The position numbers and the translations under genes were made by a program. 27,186 nucleotides of DNA, from positions 1 through 27,186 of IMG/VR virus record IMGVR_UViG_3300028920_000230. One strand, given 5' to 3'. Origin of the DNA: a virus (lineage: Duplodnaviria; Caudoviricetes). A model generated the notes under the pieces. The model was not told the origin of the DNA and did no database searches. It saw nothing but the letters and a program-made list of their open reading frames with translations. This document shows positions 8,685-18,050 of the stretch, in pieces (position 1 is the first letter of the stretch; each line of letters starts with the position of its first letter).

Positions 8685-9034
8685 CGAATTACCTTGAAAA
8701 ACTTGATCTGAAAGAGGGTCGGTGCAAAACATGTGATCGTAATTTAGAAAACATTTTAAACGGTAAAAAGATCGTTGATAAAAATATAATAGATGGCGTT
8801 CAATGTTGCGAGAATTGCGAATGGAATTTAGAGCTCAACGAAGCCGACGATACCGCTTTACAAATATATCAATTGATTTCTAATCAATTTGTATATGATT
8901 TTCCGGCTGTGGGGGCTTTATTATTACATGATATTTTTCATTTTGAGATGTGCCAAGAAGACGCATATAATTTTTATCAAAAGCTGGTTCTAATACATGA
9001 TTATTTTGTAAAAAAAAGGAAAGATAAACCGTAA
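8669..9034 (+). CDS. gpT-like -1 frameshift extension of the tail chaperone (two CxxC motifs)
   Basis: In-frame heptamer C CCT TTG at 8669-75. The -1 frame is open from 8657 to 9034 (FGTITNYLEK..CKTC..CCENC..RKDKP*), has no early ATG/GTG and fills the gap before the tape measure. Confidence 0.75.
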   Translation, partial: PFGTITNYLEKLDLKEGRCKTCDRNLENILNGKKIVDKNIIDGVQCCENCEWNLELNEADDTALQIYQLISNQFVYDFPAVGALLLHDIFHFEMCQEDAYNFYQKLVLIHDYFVKKRKDKP

Positions 9035-9077
9035 TATGAAAACCTATTTGTATGTATAAGCAAATAGGTTTTTTAAC

Positions 9078-11561
9078 ATGGAACGAAAATTATTTGTTGA
9101 AATCGTTGTTGATGATAAAAAGGGAACGCCACGTATTAAAGGATTTCGTGAAGAAACAAAGAAATCTATACAGTCGTTACGCGAACATAACACGCTTGGC
9201 ACCCGCGTAGCAACGCGGCTTCATCGTGCCTGGGATGCGGCGCATAAGGGCATATCGAACAGTACCCGCACATTAGGCAGATCGTTAATCAATTTAAAAT
9301 CTATAGCCGTCACTGCGCTTGCAGGGTGGGGATTAAAACGTTTAGCAGATTCGTTTGTTGATGCAGCGAATACATCAGAACAATATGCTGTACGATTAGG
9401 GGTATTGTTGCGATCAACGGAAGAAGGGGCGCGTATGTTTAGCGCGATGGCTGATTATGCGTCTCGTGTCCCCTTTGAGTTTGAGAAAGTTATGGGGGCA
9501 GCAACGGCATTATCAGGCGTTATGAAAGGCGGCGTGAATGAGGTTAAGGGCTGGATGCCGTTGATTGGAGATCTGGCAGCAGTTACCGGACTCACTATTG
9601 AAGAAACGACAAGTCAGGTAATACGGATGTATTCAGCGGGTGCGGCGGCGGCTGATATGTTCCGAGAACGTGGCGTTCTATCGATGATGGGATTCCAAGC
9701 CGGGGTTAAGTATAGCGCTGAAGAAACCCGTAAAATAATGATGGATCAATGGAATAAGGCTGGCAGTCAATTCAGGGGCGCTACGGAACGATTGGCCGGA
9801 ACATGGGGCGGCTTAACGTCCATGTTTAAAGATCAATGGTTTCAGTTCAGAAATGCAGTTATGCAATCGGGGCCATTTCAGGTCATGAAAGATTTAGCTC
9901 GAACCGCGTTAGATGAATTAAATAGATTAAAAAAAGAAGGTAAACTTGATGAATGGGCACGAAAAACGGCGGTTGTTATTTTGGATTCGCTCTATGTTAT
10001 CGCACGAGGTTTTGAAAAACTTATGGCAGTCGTTTATCGGTTCCGTGAACTTGTAGCCAGTGTTGCTAAAATATTTTATGAGTTAAAAATGGCTTTGAAC
10101 GCTCGTGATTTATCTGCTTTAGAAAAGGCTTCTAAACTGGACATATCAAAAGGACAGTCGGTTACTGAAATGGCGGTCGGTAAGGATTACTATGAGAAGT
10201 ATTTAAAAACAAGCGAAGCAACAGAAGACAGGCGGCGTGAATTAGAGAATAATATACGCATGTATAATGAGGTTATTAGTTCGTTTCAAGATATGCGAGA
10301 AAAAAATATAGAATCTCGCCGGAAATTAAACGATGCAATTGAATCCTTTAAGGGTTGGATCGACAAGGCAAAAGCCGCACCGAACGAAATACCGGGAAAA
10401 GGAGGTACAAGCACAAGCAAACCGGCACGTAGCAATATTTCGGTAGGTGGTGGGGGCGGTACGCTGGGTACAGTAGCAACAAAAGCAATATATGAACCCG
10501 GATTATGGGAGTATCAGGCGCGTGAAAAATATGATGTCATGAACCGTGTGTATGAGATGGATATGGATTATGCACAAAAAGCAGGGCAAATATACGAAAA
10601 TCTACGGGCAGATATGGCCGATATGGATAAGGATTCATATAAATTAAAATATGGTTTATTGGAAAAACAATATGAAGAATATAAAGCGTTTTTAGATGAT
10701 ACTTCGGATCTGGATAAATGGTACTATTTAAAAAAGGAGGAATTGGATCGTAATTATGAACGAAAATACGGAACGTTATTACAACGATTAAGGGTTCGCT
10801 ACAAAGACTTTCAAGATGAAAATATAAACGCTACCTCTATTATGTATAGCGTTATTGATTCAGGTGCTCAAAATATGCAGTCCCAATTATCCGATATTCT
10901 GTTTAATGCTTTCACCGGCAACTTTGATGAAATAAAATTTAGCTGGGATAGTCTATGGGATTCAATGTTAAAAACAGCCGTTGATATGATTGCACAAATA
11001 GCTGTTGAATGGGCTATCGGATTCGGGGCTAATACGCTTTTGCCGGGTATCAGTGGATTGTTGGGTGGTCTCCCTGTAGTCGGCGAAATATCAGGGGTAT
11101 TTGGTAATTTATTAGGTGGTGTAACGGATGTTATTGGGGGCGTAACTGACGTTGTGGGGGATGTTGTCGGCGGTATCGGCGATGTTGTGGGGGATGTTGT
11201 GGGCGGTATCGGTGATTTCTTCGGTGATCTGTTTCACCAAGGCGGAACCATCGGGCAATCAGGCACAGCAAAAAGGCAAATACCTATAACAGCATACACG
11301 AACGCACCACGCGCACATTATGGACTCAAAGTAAATGAGGTTCCGATTATCGGGAAAAAAGGTGAACGTGTTTTAAGCGAAGCTGAAACAGAAGCATACG
11401 AAAACAACCAGCAAGGCAATCAATATATTTTTCAAGGATGCGTTTTTACGCCGGATGATTTTAACCGCTGGATGGGCTCAAGTATAGATAATGCACAACA
11501 AGCACGTACAGGATCAACCTACCAAAAGGTTAACCTTGCAACCATAGGAATTGATATATGA
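9078..11561 (+). CDS. Tape measure protein
   Basis: 827 aa, helical. Tape-measure N-domain (PFEF..V, GDLAA, FRERG, TW.G..S..KD.W) and C-terminal FH.GG...EVP......GERVL motif. Confidence 0.92.
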   Translation: MERKLFVEIVVDDKKGTPRIKGFREETKKSIQSLREHNTLGTRVATRLHRAWDAAHKGISNSTRTLGRSLINLKSIAVTALAGWGLKRLADSFVDAANTSEQYAVRLGVLLRSTEEGARMFSAMADYASRVPFEFEKVMGAATALSGVMKGGVNEVKGWMPLIGDLAAVTGLTIEETTSQVIRMYSAGAAAADMFRERGVLSMMGFQAGVKYSAEETRKIMMDQWNKAGSQFRGATERLAGTWGGLTSMFKDQWFQFRNAVMQSGPFQVMKDLARTALDELNRLKKEGKLDEWARKTAVVILDSLYVIARGFEKLMAVVYRFRELVASVAKIFYELKMALNARDLSALEKASKLDISKGQSVTEMAVGKDYYEKYLKTSEATEDRRRELENNIRMYNEVISSFQDMREKNIESRRKLNDAIESFKGWIDKAKAAPNEIPGKGGTSTSKPARSNISVGGGGGTLGTVATKAIYEPGLWEYQAREKYDVMNRVYEMDMDYAQKAGQIYENLRADMADMDKDSYKLKYGLLEKQYEEYKAFLDDTSDLDKWYYLKKEELDRNYERKYGTLLQRLRVRYKDFQDENINATSIMYSVIDSGAQNMQSQLSDILFNAFTGNFDEIKFSWDSLWDSMLKTAVDMIAQIAVEWAIGFGANTLLPGISGLLGGLPVVGEISGVFGNLLGGVTDVIGGVTDVVGDVVGGIGDVVGDVVGGIGDFFGDLFHQGGTIGQSGTAKRQIPITAYTNAPRAHYGLKVNEVPIIGKKGERVLSEAETEAYENNQQGNQYIFQGCVFTPDDFNRWMGSSIDNAQQARTGSTYQKVNLATIGIDI
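11151..11216 (+). repeat. 33-bp tandem repeat (VVGDVVGGIGD x2) within a longer 11-residue periodic region of the tape measure
   Basis: gttgtgggggatgttgtcggcggtatcggcgat / gttgtgggggatgttgtgggcggtatcggtgat. Confidence 0.8.
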
Positions 11562-14014
11562 CCACGAAAATAATTGCCGAAAATATATTAGAGGATTCGA
11601 AGTTCCTATCAGCTACAGAGCAGGCGGGTGAATATTGGCAGCAACCAATTTTAAACAGCTCGAATACAGGGGCAATGAGACCGTTTACCCATGAAACACC
11701 ACAGGATTTTGAATATTCGGGAACTGCGACAAGCGACGGCACAACGACAACAATTATTGATTCTCATCTATCTATTTTTGGTGATGATTATTTGATTGGC
11801 GCAACTATAGAATTTACCGGAGGTGAAAATACCAGCGGAACGAAAACAGTAACGGACTTTACACAGTCAACAGGTACGCTTGCATGGTCAGGGGCGGTAA
11901 ACGCTACAAAAACAGGCGATACATTTGACGTAACGTTATCATTTGCAACAAGAGATTTTATCGTTGAGTTGATCAGCTCGGGAGATACAAAGGACGCAAC
12001 ACATAAATGGTCTCATGATGGAGGGTCGCATTATCTAGGACGTGATGACCCTAATCAGGCTACGTGGTTGGGTAGGCAAGAAATTATCGCTGCGGGTCTT
12101 GATTGTACAAATTCGTACGTTACCGGCGTGCAAGCCGACAATGGCGATATCGTCATAGCCTACGAAGAAAATACCGGAGGTGTCGTCAAAATACAAAAAT
12201 CATCTGACAATGGTTTGACGTGGGCGGCAGCCGTAACGGTAATATCGAGTAGTGTGGTATTTTCTCGGATGTTTAAAACCCGTTCGGGGCGTATCGCCTT
12301 TGCTGTCGGTACGGGTATGGCGTATTCGGACGATGACGGCGATACATGGAGTATTGCCACGATGGATTATACCGGTATCGGTGGGCCACAATACATAGAG
12401 TTGTCGAGTGGCTCACTTATGGCTGTCGGACGAGCTATCGGCGGCGATAATTCCGGGGATATCATCGGTATATTTTCCAATGATTTTGGTTCGACGTGGA
12501 GTGAACAGGTTGTTATTTTTGATGTATCTGTCGATAAGGATTCATTCTATGCAAATGTCTGCGAAACGGCAAACGGTAATATTATAGCGGCCTACGAATC
12601 GGAAGAGGATACTGATGACAACTGGGAAATTAAATGTAAAATATCGACTGATGGTGGAGCAACATGGGGATCTGAAATTGATGTCATGGATTACAATACA
12701 AAAGATTTGAGATATCCGTGTTTGTTGTTAGACATAACCGGGCGGGTATATTGTTCAGCATCACGAGCGACCGACGAAGATATTGTGTTGGCTTATTCTG
12801 ATAATGACGGCGAATCATGGAACAAGACAACATACATAGACCTGTATTCAGATGGTGCGTTGTCAGCACAGGGTAGACAATCGCTCTTTATGGTTGACGG
12901 TCATATAATTATCTGTTGCTACGGCGAAGCGAGCACGGATAGTGGTTTTTATATGGTGCGCCGTGGCATATGGGAGGCATACGCTTCTAATGCATGTGTA
13001 TGTCCGCCCAATGCACAGGAACAACATCTTGTATGTGGTATCCGTATAACGTGGTACGGCGGTGCGGGTGCAGTGGGGGATTCTTGGACGATGGAGACGG
13101 GATTTTATTATGGTGCAAAAAACATTATATCAGACTCACCGTCGAAACCGTGGAAATCAACGCAGGATAATACCGAGTGCAATATTGTAATCGATATGGG
13201 AGTGAATGAAAAATTTTATGCCAATGGCATAGCCTTTTTTGGCTGTAATATGCGAACGTTATCATTTCAAATGAATGCAACAGATTCATGGGGTGCCCCT
13301 TCGGTGGATGAATCTATTTCTTTTGATGTAACAGATGCAGGTGTGGTGGATTCGGCATCACTCAATCACATTATAGATGCAGCGTTATTGACATCGTTTA
13401 AAGATCATCAACTAAAAGGACAAGGCAACAAGAAATACTTCATGCGCTTTACATCGGGTAGTCATATAAATACGACGGTCGGGATACTGGATAATGTAGG
13501 CAGCTACATATTAATTGATACGCCACTTTTAAACATACAAACAGATGACACATTTGTTATTTTCCAATCCTGTATATCAAAAACATTTACCGGTGGTATT
13601 TATCGGTATATGCGTATTTCAATTCCCGCACAGCAAACGGCTGATAATTACTATAAAATTGGGGTTATGGTGGCTGGTAGGGCTATTGCGTTAAGCCGCG
13701 AATGGGGTATTGGGTACAATAGAAATAATGTATATGATATCGATATGCTAGCAACTAAGGGCGGTGGTATATTACCTATAAAAAACGCAGATCGAAAATA
13801 TACATTTTCTTTACCCTGGAAAGCGTCAAAAGATACCCGTGAAGAAGTGCTGGCAACAATCGATTATTTGGAGGGTAAAAATCTTGCATTAATACCTGAT
13901 TCATCGACGCTTACTGATTGCTATTTGGTTAAGTCTACCGGAGACATTAAACAAAAATACCGTTTCCCTGATGAGCGGTTTGATTTTACAATAACGCTAG
14001 AAGAGGTTCTATAA
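11558..14014 (+). CDS. Multi-domain distal tail protein with BNR/Asp-box (sialidase-like) propeller
   Basis: Directly follows the tape measure. Five Asp boxes (SSDNGLTW, SDDDGDTW, SNDFGSTW, STDGGATW, SDNDGESW); Dit-like C-terminus ending ITLEE. Confidence 0.75.
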   Translation: MTTKIIAENILEDSKFLSATEQAGEYWQQPILNSSNTGAMRPFTHETPQDFEYSGTATSDGTTTTIIDSHLSIFGDDYLIGATIEFTGGENTSGTKTVTDFTQSTGTLAWSGAVNATKTGDTFDVTLSFATRDFIVELISSGDTKDATHKWSHDGGSHYLGRDDPNQATWLGRQEIIAAGLDCTNSYVTGVQADNGDIVIAYEENTGGVVKIQKSSDNGLTWAAAVTVISSSVVFSRMFKTRSGRIAFAVGTGMAYSDDDGDTWSIATMDYTGIGGPQYIELSSGSLMAVGRAIGGDNSGDIIGIFSNDFGSTWSEQVVIFDVSVDKDSFYANVCETANGNIIAAYESEEDTDDNWEIKCKISTDGGATWGSEIDVMDYNTKDLRYPCLLLDITGRVYCSASRATDEDIVLAYSDNDGESWNKTTYIDLYSDGALSAQGRQSLFMVDGHIIICCYGEASTDSGFYMVRRGIWEAYASNACVCPPNAQEQHLVCGIRITWYGGAGAVGDSWTMETGFYYGAKNIISDSPSKPWKSTQDNTECNIVIDMGVNEKFYANGIAFFGCNMRTLSFQMNATDSWGAPSVDESISFDVTDAGVVDSASLNHIIDAALLTSFKDHQLKGQGNKKYFMRFTSGSHINTTVGILDNVGSYILIDTPLLNIQTDDTFVIFQSCISKTFTGGIYRYMRISIPAQQTADNYYKIGVMVAGRAIALSREWGIGYNRNNVYDIDMLATKGGGILPIKNADRKYTFSLPWKASKDTREEVLATIDYLEGKNLALIPDSSTLTDCYLVKSTGDIKQKYRFPDERFDFTITLEEVL

Positions 14015-15577
14015 ATGTCCACTATTACCGATATATTAAAGCATACGAAACCGTTTTTATTGGTCGAGTTAGATATCAACGGTATGATAAAAAGATTCGC
14101 TATTAAAAATATATCAATAGGAGATAAACTATTCGAAGCTAAATTAATGCAGGATATATCAATCAGTACATCGCTGAACATGGAAAATATGCGGTACTCT
14201 ATTTCGTCGGCTCATATTAACATACGGAATGATGGTCGGTTTCAGGACGAAGAAAGCCGTAGACGTATGGACGGTGCTATAGGTCGAGTATATGTATGGG
14301 GCGATGGGTTGACCTGGGATGATATTGAAACGGATGGATTGATCTTACAGGGTGTATTTCGGAAGAACTATCATACTAGAAATATTTATTCGTTCTTTAT
14401 AGAGGATAATACGAAGTCGAAATTTCACACTCTACCCGAAGTAACAATCAATAACGAAACATGGCCGAACCACCGCTTGGAATCGGGCTCAGGATCAGTG
14501 TCAGGTAAGGCACAGCCGCTTTTATTTGGCAATTGGTCTAAAGGGGTGCCCTTACTATGTGTTGATACGGTAAATCATATATATATCATTTCGCAAAATA
14601 CCACAAAAAGCACCGACAGCGATTTTTCGGCAGCTACGCAAAATATATACGATAAGGATGGTGATGTAATAGCGGCGGCGAACTATACGATTTATACAAA
14701 AAATGACGGATTGGGCAATGTCGTTACGTATGCGGATTTTACATCTGACCAAACAGCCAACGAACCGTTATCATGTTCAATTGCAGGTATTCGAGACGGA
14801 ACCGGCGAAATCACCGGCACAATCGACGAGGTAATAAATCATCCGGGTCTCATCATTCAGTATTTAATGCAGTATCATTCTAATATGGGTGTCGATGAGA
14901 TATCAAAAGGTGATATCCAGACAATGAAATCATTGTTGCCAGCAGTGAAGGCAGCAACGATTATCAATGCAGAGGCAGAGGGTCTTGACATTGTAAACCG
15001 TATATTATCGCAATATCAAGCGGCGCTTATACCCCGCACAGGCGGCACGATAGGTATAATGACCTTCAAAACCACGAAATCAGAGACAAAAAGTCTACGA
15101 ACCATTGACCAAACAACGGATATGATAGGCAGCGATATAAAATTCTCAATGACACCGTATCACATGATTTGTAACAACCTTGAGGTACAATATGCACTTA
15201 ATCCAACAACGGGACAGTACGAAGGGCTATTAACCTATAATTATGCCAATAACACCCTATGCAACCGATCTTATTATGAATACGGTGAACAGCCTAAAAA
15301 AATAATCATGCTGTCAGACGTGCATGATCAGTATACGGCTGAAATTGTAGCATCACGGTATTTAGATCTATGGGCATTCCGGCATGATCTTTGTGAAAAT
15401 ACTGTACCGTATCATATCGGTTACGATATACAAGAGGGTGATATAGCGGGGTTAACTATTGAAGATGGATCGAGCCAGGACGGTAACGGATGGACAGCGG
15501 AACCGTGTATGCTAATCGAAAAAAAGTACGATCATCAGTCAATCAAGCAGACATGGTGGAGGGTTGCGGCAAAATAG
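14015..15577 (+). CDS. Baseplate hub / tail tip protein
   Basis: Position; G...P..FG, N.L.V.Y and S...YG motifs; C-terminal ..GD...L pattern. Confidence 0.6.
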   Translation: MSTITDILKHTKPFLLVELDINGMIKRFAIKNISIGDKLFEAKLMQDISISTSLNMENMRYSISSAHINIRNDGRFQDEESRRRMDGAIGRVYVWGDGLTWDDIETDGLILQGVFRKNYHTRNIYSFFIEDNTKSKFHTLPEVTINNETWPNHRLESGSGSVSGKAQPLLFGNWSKGVPLLCVDTVNHIYIISQNTTKSTDSDFSAATQNIYDKDGDVIAAANYTIYTKNDGLGNVVTYADFTSDQTANEPLSCSIAGIRDGTGEITGTIDEVINHPGLIIQYLMQYHSNMGVDEISKGDIQTMKSLLPAVKAATIINAEAEGLDIVNRILSQYQAALIPRTGGTIGIMTFKTTKSETKSLRTIDQTTDMIGSDIKFSMTPYHMICNNLEVQYALNPTTGQYEGLLTYNYANNTLCNRSYYEYGEQPKKIIMLSDVHDQYTAEIVASRYLDLWAFRHDLCENTVPYHIGYDIQEGDIAGLTIEDGSSQDGNGWTAEPCMLIEKKYDHQSIKQTWWRVAAK

Positions 15578-15633
15578 CTGTATGCAAACTGACTGCAAAA
15601 AGGGATGAAATAGCCGGAAATGGACTGAAAATG

Positions 15634-15670
15634 AAAAAAGGGCTTTAGCTGTTAAGTGGCTAAAACCCTT
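15634..15670 (-). terminator. Intrinsic terminator downstream of the tRNA 3' end
   Basis: Minus strand aagggttttagc-cacttaaca-gctaaagccctt followed by T run. Confidence 0.7.
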
Positions 15671-15678
15671 GATTTTGT

Positions 15679-15725
15679 TGGTGGGCCGTACCGGATTTGA
15701 ACCGGTGGCCAACGGATTAAAAGTC
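15679..15725 (-). mobile_element. attP core: 47-bp 3' half of tRNA-Lys(UUU)
   Basis: Minus strand GACTTTTAATCCGTTGGCCACCGGTTCAAATCCGGTACGGCCCACCA = anticodon loop CTTTTAA, T-arm GGTTCAAATCC and CCA end. The 5' half (D-arm, acceptor 5' strand) is absent. Confidence 0.85.
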
Positions 15726-15831
15726 AGTTTGCCGGGTTCGTGTTTCCGGTAACTTACTTGTTGGGTGTATGCGTTTTGACTGCAACAGTCTTTTTTCTAC
15801 TAACTGCACTTTTTTTTAAGTAACTTTTGAT

Positions 15832-15860
15832 AACTTACCATGCATAAACCCCCTTGTCAA
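15832..15860 (-). promoter_or_regulatory. Candidate leftward promoter aimed at the att core
   Basis: TTGACA-17 nt-TAAGTT with extended -10 TGn on the minus strand. Confidence 0.5.
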
Positions 15861-15936
15861 CTCTGACCTTTTGGGATTCATTTTCTTCAAGTTATTTACT
15901 CTTTTTCCTAAAAACGACTATCCTTGCTTTTTTTTA

Positions 15937-15965
15937 TTGACTTTGCGCAATTAAAGGAGTAGACT
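15937..15965 (+). promoter_or_regulatory. sigma70-type promoter of the ardC operon
   Basis: TTGACT-17 nt-TAGACT; spacer contains palindrome TTGCGCAA; RBS GGAGG at 16004. Confidence 0.7.
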
Positions 15966-16017
15966 GTAACCAAGAAATACAAAAAGACCGGCGGCAACCG
16001 GGGGGAGGTAAAAGCAA

Positions 16018-16875
16018 ATGAAAGTTGAAGAAATCATAACAGAGAGAATTGTCGGGTTACTCGAACGGGGGACCATCCCTTGGCAAAGGCCCTGGTCGGG
16101 GGGAGAATGCCCAATGAATGTTGTTACTAAGCGGCGGTATCGAGGAGTTAATAGTTTTGTGTTGGCGTGTTCAGATTACTCTTCTCCTTATTGGGCAACT
16201 TATAAGCAGATAAACGCTCTAGGCGGCAACGTCAAGAAGGGCGAAAAGGGGCATCCTGTCGTTTTCTGGAAGTGGTTCATCAAAAAAGAGCGCGATGAAA
16301 ACGGAGAGGAAAAGGAAAAAAAGATACCGATGCTCCGTTACTATACCGTTTTCAACGTTGAACAGACCATTAATATTGACAAGAAAAAAATTCCTGCATT
16401 GCCCGAAATGCATAACGAAGAAGAAAAGATCGATATATGTGAAAATATCGTCAAGGCAATGCCTAAACGACCCGCAATAGAGAGTAAAGAGCAAAAAGCG
16501 TATTACAGTCCTTTAGCCGATACTGTTAATATGCCGAAATTTGAATCCTTTGTAGGAGCTAAAGAATATTATGCAACGCTTTTTCATGAGTTAACTCATT
16601 CAACAGGTCATGAAAAACGACTCAACAGAAAGGGCGTTATGGGCGTTGTAATGTTCGGTTCCGAAGATTATTCGAAAGAAGAGCTTATAGCAGAAATGGG
16701 AGCAGCTTTTCTTTGTGGGCATTGTCAAATCGAAAACAAAACCATTGAAAACAATGCTGCGTATATAAAATCATGGCTTGGGGTGCTTAAGGAAGACAAG
16801 AAAATGGTAATTACAGCAGCAGCGCAAGCACAAAAAGCCTTTGATTTTATAGTAGGCGAAGAAGTTGAATCATGA
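16018..16875 (+). CDS. ardC: ArdC-family antirestriction / ssDNA-binding protein with zincin-like domain
   Basis: PWQRPW, YRGVN, WATYKQ, VKKGEKG, VFNVEQ, AYY.P..D...MP, HELTHSTGH, Y..EELIAE, YI.SWL..L. Confidence 0.92.
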   Translation: MKVEEIITERIVGLLERGTIPWQRPWSGGECPMNVVTKRRYRGVNSFVLACSDYSSPYWATYKQINALGGNVKKGEKGHPVVFWKWFIKKERDENGEEKEKKIPMLRYYTVFNVEQTINIDKKKIPALPEMHNEEEKIDICENIVKAMPKRPAIESKEQKAYYSPLADTVNMPKFESFVGAKEYYATLFHELTHSTGHEKRLNRKGVMGVVMFGSEDYSKEELIAEMGAAFLCGHCQIENKTIENNAAYIKSWLGVLKEDKKMVITAAAQAQKAFDFIVGEEVES

Positions 16876-16972
16876 ATGAAAACGGGGGGCATCCGGCAAG
16901 ATACCCCCCAGCCTCCTAAAATAGGAGGTAAAAGCTTTTTATATATACAAAAATTTTTTTAAAATGTAAAGC

Positions 16973-17309
16973 AAAGGAGGGTTAGAAAAATGAAACTGAC
17001 AATAAAAGAAATGACCGAAGCATTGGAGCAGAACAGAGACGAAATCATGGCGCGGCAGGAAGAAATATTAGCATCGCTTCCTGAAAAGTATCGGAATCGC
17101 CGTTGTAGAAATGGTGGGACACATGGCGGCTGGACAGTGCCCGGGGTTGCAGCATGGACGCGGGCAGTCGTTAGTGCGAGTGGATTTGAGACTGATCACT
17201 ATTGGTCAGGATCTAATCCAACACCGAGCACGCAATACCCGATAGCCGTCGCAGAATTTTTAGAAAAAATCACATCAAGGGAGAAATAAAGGAGGGTTAG
17301 AAAAATGAA
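16973..17309 (+). repeat. Identical 22-bp direct repeat AAAGGAGGGTTAGAAAAATGAA (16973-94, 17288-309) spanning RBS and start codon
   Basis: Exact match at the starts of two consecutive genes. Confidence 0.9.
16990..17289 (+). CDS. Hypothetical protein
   Basis: 99-aa ORF with strong RBS. Confidence 0.75.
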   Translation: MKLTIKEMTEALEQNRDEIMARQEEILASLPEKYRNRRCRNGGTHGGWTVPGVAAWTRAVVSASGFETDHYWSGSNPTPSTQYPIAVAEFLEKITSREK

Positions 17310-18021
17310 GGGAATACTTAGGATAGTAAGGGACAATGAGGTTAAACTCACGTTCCCGGTTGCTCAAGTTGAGGTGAAAACTGATGGAACGATTTGGGTA
17401 CAGAATAACCCTGTTCTTGGCATTACGGAAAATGCCGAGAAAAAACGGATAGCCGCCTTAATGAAGGCGCGAAAATACGACGAAATAGACGTAAAATATT
17501 TTACGCGCCTTGGCGATAACGAAAATGGTCTATGGGCGGGGGATGATGAAGCATGGGAAAATCATCCCCTTAAAGCCAAAAAGGAAGCCGAAAAGAAGGA
17601 GAGAGAAGAAGAGGAAGCAAAAACAGTTGAAATTTACCTGTCTTCAAGGGGCTGGGGAGACTATAGCTCTTTGAAATGGGTGGGAGATATCACAAAGCCT
17701 GATTCGGAAATCCTAGCTGAATGCAAGACAAAATTGCAAAACGGCTACGATGTAGACAACCGGAACCAGACTGACAGCGAATTGCTTGATAAAATCCGTG
17801 CGGGCCGGAAAAAATGGGAAACAGCACCCGAACGGAGGGCAGCATTTGAAGCCGCTGAAGCCGCCGATATTAAGCGTAAGGTGGAAACAGGATATTGCTT
17901 CTACTGTGAATCATGGTGCCATGGTGATTGCGGACATTATAGCAATGATCCTCAGACACGATACAAAAGGGAATTCAAAGCAGCGGTACGGGAAAATGAT
18001 TATGGGGTCAGCGATTGGTAA
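17305..18021 (+). CDS. Hypothetical protein with C-terminal CxxC-xx-WC-xxx-C metal-binding motif
   Basis: 238 aa, strong RBS, GYCFYCESWCHGDCGH. Confidence 0.8.
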   Translation: MKGILRIVRDNEVKLTFPVAQVEVKTDGTIWVQNNPVLGITENAEKKRIAALMKARKYDEIDVKYFTRLGDNENGLWAGDDEAWENHPLKAKKEAEKKEREEEEAKTVEIYLSSRGWGDYSSLKWVGDITKPDSEILAECKTKLQNGYDVDNRNQTDSELLDKIRAGRKKWETAPERRAAFEAAEAADIKRKVETGYCFYCESWCHGDCGHYSNDPQTRYKREFKAAVRENDYGVSDW

Positions 18022-18050
18022 AAAGAAGGAGTAAGGAACGGGTGATAAAA

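Larger units (their letters stand above)
15579..15785 (+). repeat. Direct repeats TGTATGC-N4-TGACTGCAA (15579-98, 15766-85): putative integrase arm-type sites
   Basis: tgtatgcaaactgactgcaa and tgtatgcgttttgactgcaa flank the tRNA-derived core. Confidence 0.65.

Noticed and set aside
15679-15725. Functional tRNA-Lys gene
   Set aside because: D-arm, 5' acceptor strand and most of the 5' anticodon stem are missing.
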